From positions 92,380,001 to 92,444,000 of the forward strand of contig OZ024746.1 in the NCBI GenBank assembly GCA_964016885.1: a stretch of DNA of 64,000 nt, read 5' to 3'. Positions within the stretch are counted from its first letter, which is position 1, and every line of letters begins with the position of its first letter. The notes under the pieces are model-generated. The model ran no database searches and was not told the DNA's origin. It saw nothing but the letters and a program-made list of their open reading frames with translations. Position numbers and translations under genes: made by a program. This DNA comes from Eledone cirrhosa (lineage: Eukaryota). Of the stretch, positions 57,442 through 64,000 are shown piece after piece.

Positions 57442-57560
57442 GAAGGCGTGTGGCTGAGTGGTTAGAGTATTGGATTCACAATCGTGAGGTTGTGAGTTCG
57501 ATTCCTGAACCAGGCGATGCGTTATGTCCTTGAGCAAGACACTTTATTTCACGTTGCTCC
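57442..57560 (+). mobile_element. 5' part of a tRNA-derived SINE
   Basis: GAAGGCGTGTGGCTGAGTGGTTAG...GAGTTCGATTCC...CCTTGAGCAAGACACTTTATTTCACGTTGCTCC. Confidence 0.8.
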
Positions 57561-57928
57561 TTCTACCTGGAGTTGCGACCGATAGATAGTATTAGCAATT
57601 GGAAAGACCAACGGAAACATAGTTTCCTCGGTCCGATTTGACGAAAGTCGATCGACTAGAATATATGTATATATATGTATATATATATATGTATATGTAT
57701 ATATATATGTATGTATATGTATATATATATGTATGTATATGTATATATATATATATATGTATGTATATGTATATATATATGTGTATATATATATGTATAT
57801 GTATATATATATGTGTATATATATATATATATGTATATATATATGTGTATATGTATGTATATATATGTGTATATATATATATGTATATATATATGTGTAT
57901 ATGTATGTATATATATATGTGTATATAT

Positions 57929-58542
57929 ATATTGTTATACTTTGGGAGGGTCATGTTGCCAATAAGAAACACACACACCAGTTGCTTTCACTTCAATTTA
58001 TTATTATAATAAATTTATAATAAATTTATAAATTTATAAATCTCTGGTTGGTTGGTTGGTTGGTTCCACAACCAGATAGTTGTTTATATATTGTCATAGT
58101 TCTTTCGTCACAGACTCTGTGACCTCTTCAGTGACTGGGGATTCCTTTCTTTGTTTCTGTGCCTCTCCTTTGTTCTGTCCTACGCCATTTTGTTTCTGTG
58201 TGTGTGTTGTGTGCTCCGTCTGCGCATGCGCCACATCCGGGTGTCTGTGTGTGTTTATGTTCACAACACACACACACAGAAACAAAATGGCGTAGGACAG
58301 AACAAAGGAGAGGCACAGAAACAAAGAAAGGAATCCCCAGTCACTGAAGAGGTCACCGAGTGTGTGACGAAAGAACTATGACAATATATAAACAACTATC
58401 TGGTTGTGGAACCAACCAACCAACCAGAAATTTATAAATTTATAAATTTATTCTAAATTTATTATAATAATAAATTGAAGTGAAAGCAACTGGTGCGTGT
58501 GTTTCTTATTGGCAACATGACCCTCCCAAAGTATAACAATAT
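57929..58542. mobile_element. Fold-back non-coding element (~280-bp arms, ~50-nt spacer) with an HHR on each arm
   Basis: Arms are near-perfect reverse complements; (TA)n-rich tract immediately left and about 60 bp right. Confidence 0.85.
58340..58382 (+). ncRNA. Minimal type I hammerhead ribozyme motif (mirror copy on - strand at 58093-58135)
   Basis: Stem I GTCA/TGAC, CTGAAGA, G + stem II GTCAC/GTGAC, GAAA, GAAC loop, TA. Confidence 0.75.
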
Positions 58543-59053
58543 CGGTTTCAACACACGATTTCAGATAAAGAATCTTGCTTAACAAATTCAGAAACGAAAT
58601 GTATATATATATATATGTATATATATATGTGTATATGTATGTATATATATATGTGTATATGTATGTATATATATATGTGTATATGTATGTATATATCTGT
58701 ATATGTATATATATATCTGTATATATATATATATCTCTATATGTATATATCTGTGTATATGTATATATATATATGTATATATATATGTGTATATGTATGT
58801 ATATATCTGTGTATATGTATATATATATCTGTATGTATATATCTGTGTATATATATGTGTATATGTATGTATATATCTGTGTATATGTATATATATATCT
58901 GTATGTATATATCTGTGTATATGTATATATATATCTGTATATATATATATATCTATATGTATATATATGTGTATATGTATGTATATATATGTGTATATGT
59001 ATATATATATATCTGTATATGTATATGTATATATATATATGTGTATATATATA

Positions 59054-59118
<65 letters not shown>

Positions 59119-59243
59119 GTGTGTATATATATGTGCATATGTATATATATACATATATATATATACATATATATATATACATATATGTATATATATATAT
59201 ATATACATATATGTATATATATATATATACATACATATATACA

Positions 59244-59284
<41 letters not shown>

Positions 59285-59300
59285 TGTATATATATATATA

Positions 59301-59346
<46 letters not shown>

Positions 59347-59404
59347 CATATATAGATATAGATAGGTAAATATACACGGGTGTGTATGATTGTGTATAGA
59401 AGAT

Positions 59405-59811
59405 TATATTAATAAGAGGAATTCCAACTTTGTCTGATTTACTTGTTTTATTTACAATCCTTTAAAATATATAATGGTATTAGAATGAAATAGTATGATA
59501 GAATATTAAATTCTAAGTGTTAATTGAACAAGTACTTTCATGTTTTCGCAATCTTCAGGTTCATAATATGTGGTGACAGTCGAGTTTGCAATTTTCAACT
59601 GTGAAAATTGTTCACAGTTGAAAATTGCAAACTCGACTGTCACCACATATTATGAACCTGAAGATTGCGAAAGCATGAAAGTACTTGTTCAATTAACACT
59701 TAGAATTTAATATTCTATCATACTATTTCATTCTAATACCATTATATATTTTAAAGGATTGTAAATAAAACAAGTAAATCAGACAAAGTTGGAATTCCTC
59801 TTATTAATATA
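59405..59811. mobile_element. Fold-back non-coding element (201-bp arms, 5-nt loop, one mismatch) with an HHR on each arm
   Basis: 59405-59605 is the reverse complement of 59611-59811; embedded in (TA)n. Confidence 0.9.
59653..59691 (+). ncRNA. Minimal type I hammerhead ribozyme motif (mirror copy on - strand at 59525-59563)
   Basis: Stem I TGAAC/GTTCA, CTGAAGA, T-TGC gaaa GCA-T, GAAA, palindromic GTAC, TT. Confidence 0.75.
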
Positions 59812-59828
59812 TATACATATATATATAC

Positions 59829-59885
<57 letters not shown>

Positions 59886-59981
59886 TATATACATATATAT
59901 GTACATATATATATATATATGCATATATATGTATATATATATATATGTATATATATATATGCCTATATATGTATATATATG

Positions 59982-60138
<157 letters not shown>

Positions 60139-60189
60139 GTATATATATGTATATATATATATGTATATATATATATGTATATATATATG

Positions 60190-60258
<69 letters not shown>

Positions 60259-60259
60259 G

Positions 60260-60460
<201 letters not shown>

Positions 60461-60494
60461 GCATATATATATATATATATATATGCATATATAT

Positions 60495-60579
60495 ACGTGG
60501 GAAAGTGAAAAATCGGAGAATAGACTGTTAAATAAACATGTTTTAACGGTTTATTCTCCGATTTTTCACTTTCCCACGT
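60495..60579. repeat. 85-nt hairpin (38-bp stem) at the edge of a (TA)n tract
   Basis: ACGTGGGAAAGTGAAAAATCGGAGAATA...TATTCTCCGATTTTTCACTTTCCCACGT. Confidence 0.85.
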
Positions 60580-60876
60580 GCTTACGCTCTGCTAACTCTC
60601 TAGCCCACTAAATATTAACACTTCGAATAGTTAATACTGCCGGCACTAGTATCGAGCACCTTTGGCATACGCTACTTGGCAAATAACTATATGTATCACC
60701 TATCCCTCCTTTTTCTCTCTTTCTCGATACATAAATACTATATATATATATATATATATATATGCATATATATGTATATATATATATGCATATATATGTA
60801 TATATATGTATATATATATATATTTATATATATATATATATGTATATATGTATATATATGTATATATATATATATT

Positions 60877-60943
<67 letters not shown>

Positions 60944-61096
60944 GTATATATATGTATACATATATGTATATATGTATACATATATGTATATATGTATATA
61001 CGTATATATATGTACATATATATATATGAATATATATGTATATATATATGTATATATGTATATATATATGTATATATGTATATATATATGTATATA

Positions 61097-61129
<33 letters not shown>

Positions 61130-61160
61130 ATATATGTATATATGTATATATATATATATG

Positions 61161-61192
<32 letters not shown>

Positions 61193-61246
61193 TATGTAAT
61201 ATATATATATATGTATATATATGTATATATATATATATTTATGTAA

Positions 61247-61283
<37 letters not shown>

Positions 61284-61321
61284 ATATATAATATATATAT
61301 ATGTATATATGTATATATGTA

Positions 61322-61352
<31 letters not shown>

Positions 61353-61355
61353 TGA

Positions 61356-61392
<37 letters not shown>

Positions 61393-62794
61393 TATATATG
61401 TATATATATATATATAATAAACAATCAATCCATTTTTATTAACGTTTAATAACTTTGGGAAAACAACGTTATATTTTGCTTATCTCCATCTAAATATATT
61501 CTATTACTAAAGATTCTACATTCTTATACCACTATTTCTTACAATTTCCTCTCAAACCTCTTTTTCTCTCTTTTTTCAACGTTTTCTTTTCTGTTCTTTT
61601 TTTTTTCTTGTGTGTTTTCTTCTTTCTTTACTTTTATTGTTAATCTATTTATGATACAATTTAAATGATTTTAAATAAACGACATCAAAAATAGCTGATT
61701 ATTATTATTTTTTTATGGAAATTTTCTCACTGCTAAAATAATGCAGCAAATGATAAATATATGTATGTATGTATGTATGTATGTGTGTGTGTGTGTGTTT
61801 TTTTTTTTTGGTTTTTTTTTACCTTTCTAGGAGAGGGAAACTCGCGCCTTTGAAAGCATCCGATGATGTTGACTAGTTTTCCTTTTCAAGTAGTGTTTTT
61901 GATGCTCAGAGAGTGGGATTGGTCGAATGCAAGACCTTTCCCCCCACTTATAAAACCTTCAAAGCCAGGCATTGCTTGTTCAGGATCTGTTACAGGTTTG
62001 TGTGGCTGGCCGTAGCCTAAAATGCACCAAACTCTGTAATCTGACAAGCAATTGCAATACTCTTAGCAGAGATTGCAGCCATCATGTGTGTGTGTGTGTG
62101 TGTGTGTGTATGTTTGATTTTGATCAATACAATATTATTATATAATCAGACCATACCAAAAGTGTATATGTTTATCTATTATAAAACAAAATATTGGGAA
62201 TTCCATCCAGCCATATTAACAGACAATTGAATGTTTTAAATATATATATAAATACCTATTTAAACAATTTTGATAGAGAAAATATATTTGTTTCTATTTT
62301 GTTTTTGTCTCATTTTAATTTTCATTCCGATGTGATGACCATCTCAGAAAAGTACAAAGACTGAATTTGTGTTTTGTAATAACTAAATTGTTTTTCACGT
62401 GATATTTTGGGGATATATTCTATAGATTAAGTTGAGCTTCTCTTTTAGTTGTTCTTTTTTACATGCATGATTTTTGTGTGTCAATAACGGATTGAGGCAT
62501 TTAAAAAACTAACTCTTTCAGTTGTATTCCTATTTCAATATTTCACTGCTATATGGACCTATCAAACTAAACCACTTCGCTCTCATTGAGCAAGGTTTTT
62601 TATTCTTTTTCTAGCATGCCTTTATCATCATCATTATGATCATTTAACATCCACTTTTCCTACTAGCAAGGGTTGGATGAGTCTCCATAGACCAAGTCAG
62701 TAATGAAGTCGGACTACTGACTTCTCAGACAGTTAGGACGACTGCATCTCGCTTACATACCATTCAATGTTCTACTGAGTGTACTTTATTATGG

Positions 62795-63190
62795 CACCAA
62801 CACTAGGGAGAGTGTCATGTCAACACTGTGATACCAACACTAGGGAGGTTGTTCTGTTGACACTGTGACACCAACACTAGGGAGAATGTCCTGTCGACAC
62901 TGTGACACCAACACTAGGGAGAGTGTCCTGTCGACAATGTGACACCAACACTAGGGAGAGTGTCATGTCGACACTGTGACACCAACACTAGGGAGAGTGT
63001 CCTGTCGACACTGTGATACCTACACTAGGGAGGTTGTCATGTCAACACTGTGACACCAACACTAGGGAGAGTGTCCTGTCGACACTGTGATACCTACACT
63101 AGGGAGGTTGTCATGTCAACACTGTGACACCAACACTAGGGAGAGTGTCCTGTCGACACTGAAACCAACACTAGGGAGGTTGTCATGTCT
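62795..63190. repeat. Minisatellite, 37-bp unit CAACACTAGGGAGAGTGTCCTGTCGACACTGTGACAC, within SINE-tail-like sequence
   Basis: About 10-11 tandem copies. Confidence 0.92.
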
Positions 63191-64000
63191 TTGACACAAC
63201 TGAAGGGTCCTCCCAACCCTTTGTTCGACAAGCTTTCTATAGCTGGATGCCCTTCCTTCCCCCAACCATTTAACAGTGTGCACTGGGTGCTTATCGTGCA
63301 GATCAACATTAGAGCGGTTGTCATGCCGTTGACACAATGAAAGCATCCTCTCAACACTTTTAGGCATGGTTTCTACAGCAGAGTGCCTTTCCTATCACCA
63401 ACCACCTTACAGGTTGTACCAGGTGATTTGTGTGCTACCAACACTAGTGAGGTTGTTAGTCATTGTCCTAACTGAAGAGTTTTCTCTCTTCTGTTGGAAT
63501 GTGGGAGGAGAAGAGAGACAGGTATGAAATTATGGATGTATGGCAAGTGTGGTATCATTTGACAGGGTGATTAGTTGAGCTAAGGCGTGACCTTTGGTAG
63601 TATAAGGGGAAGGGAATGGTGCCTTAGAGGGAAGTTATGGACCCAAATCCAGTATTGATCTGTTCTTCAGGCTGATATATAAAAAAAGAGATTATATAAT
63701 GTCATCCTAGCGACTTAGTCTGAATAATAAAGGTAACAGGGATGACTGGAACTCCTTTGATGATGGGTCTGCTGGTCTAGAGCTGACTTGGTAATGATGA
63801 TGGGACATTGTTTATCTGAAGTCTTACCTGAAGATCATCAATACAGTGTTCTTGTACAACTCAGTAAGAAACAGATTCAACAAAAAATTCTAATGAAATA
63901 ATACTGTCCATCCCCACCCCTCTCACCATGTTTATTTTCCTTTCATTTTTTTAAAATTATTTTAAAACTCCAGTTTATGGTTAAGCAAGTCTTCCTGGTG

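Noticed and set aside
58080-58381. Mirror-image ORFs on both strands
   Set aside because: A by-product of the palindrome; low-complexity peptides with no recognisable domain
61831-61876. Possible next copine exon after a strong polypyrimidine/AG (TTTCTAG)
   Set aside because: In the required phase it reads (Q)RGKLAPLKASDDVD-stop, lacking the expected G.I...AEE copine motif; at most a cryptic acceptor

Overview
AT-rich, repeat-dense animal genomic DNA. The SINE, microsatellite and minisatellite landscape looks like an octopod cephalopod (inference). The window lies inside one + strand copine gene (CPNE8/CPNE5-like). Four small GT-AG exons encoding part of the first C2 domain (9938-9984, 14865-14968, 39330-39369, 54586-54656) are separated by introns of about 4.9, 24.4 and 15.2 kb. 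The introns are packed with tRNA-derived SINEs, RTE/R4/CRE LINE relics, two non-autonomous Helitrons, hAT/piggyBac/Tc1-mariner MITEs, more than a dozen minisatellites and multi-kb (TA)n tracts. Almost all ORFs in the supplied track are repeat artefacts. The most striking signal is a set of non-coding modules embedded in (TA)n/(CA)n tracts that carry minimal type I hammerhead-ribozyme (HHR) motifs. Two of them are near-perfect fold-back palindromes of about 400 and 610 bp with an HHR on each arm. A decayed Penelope-like (Naiad-type) coding relic, which could represent the mobilising family, sits next to three more HHR-like motifs. The terminus of one HHR family has also been amplified into a minisatellite abutting a copine splice acceptor.
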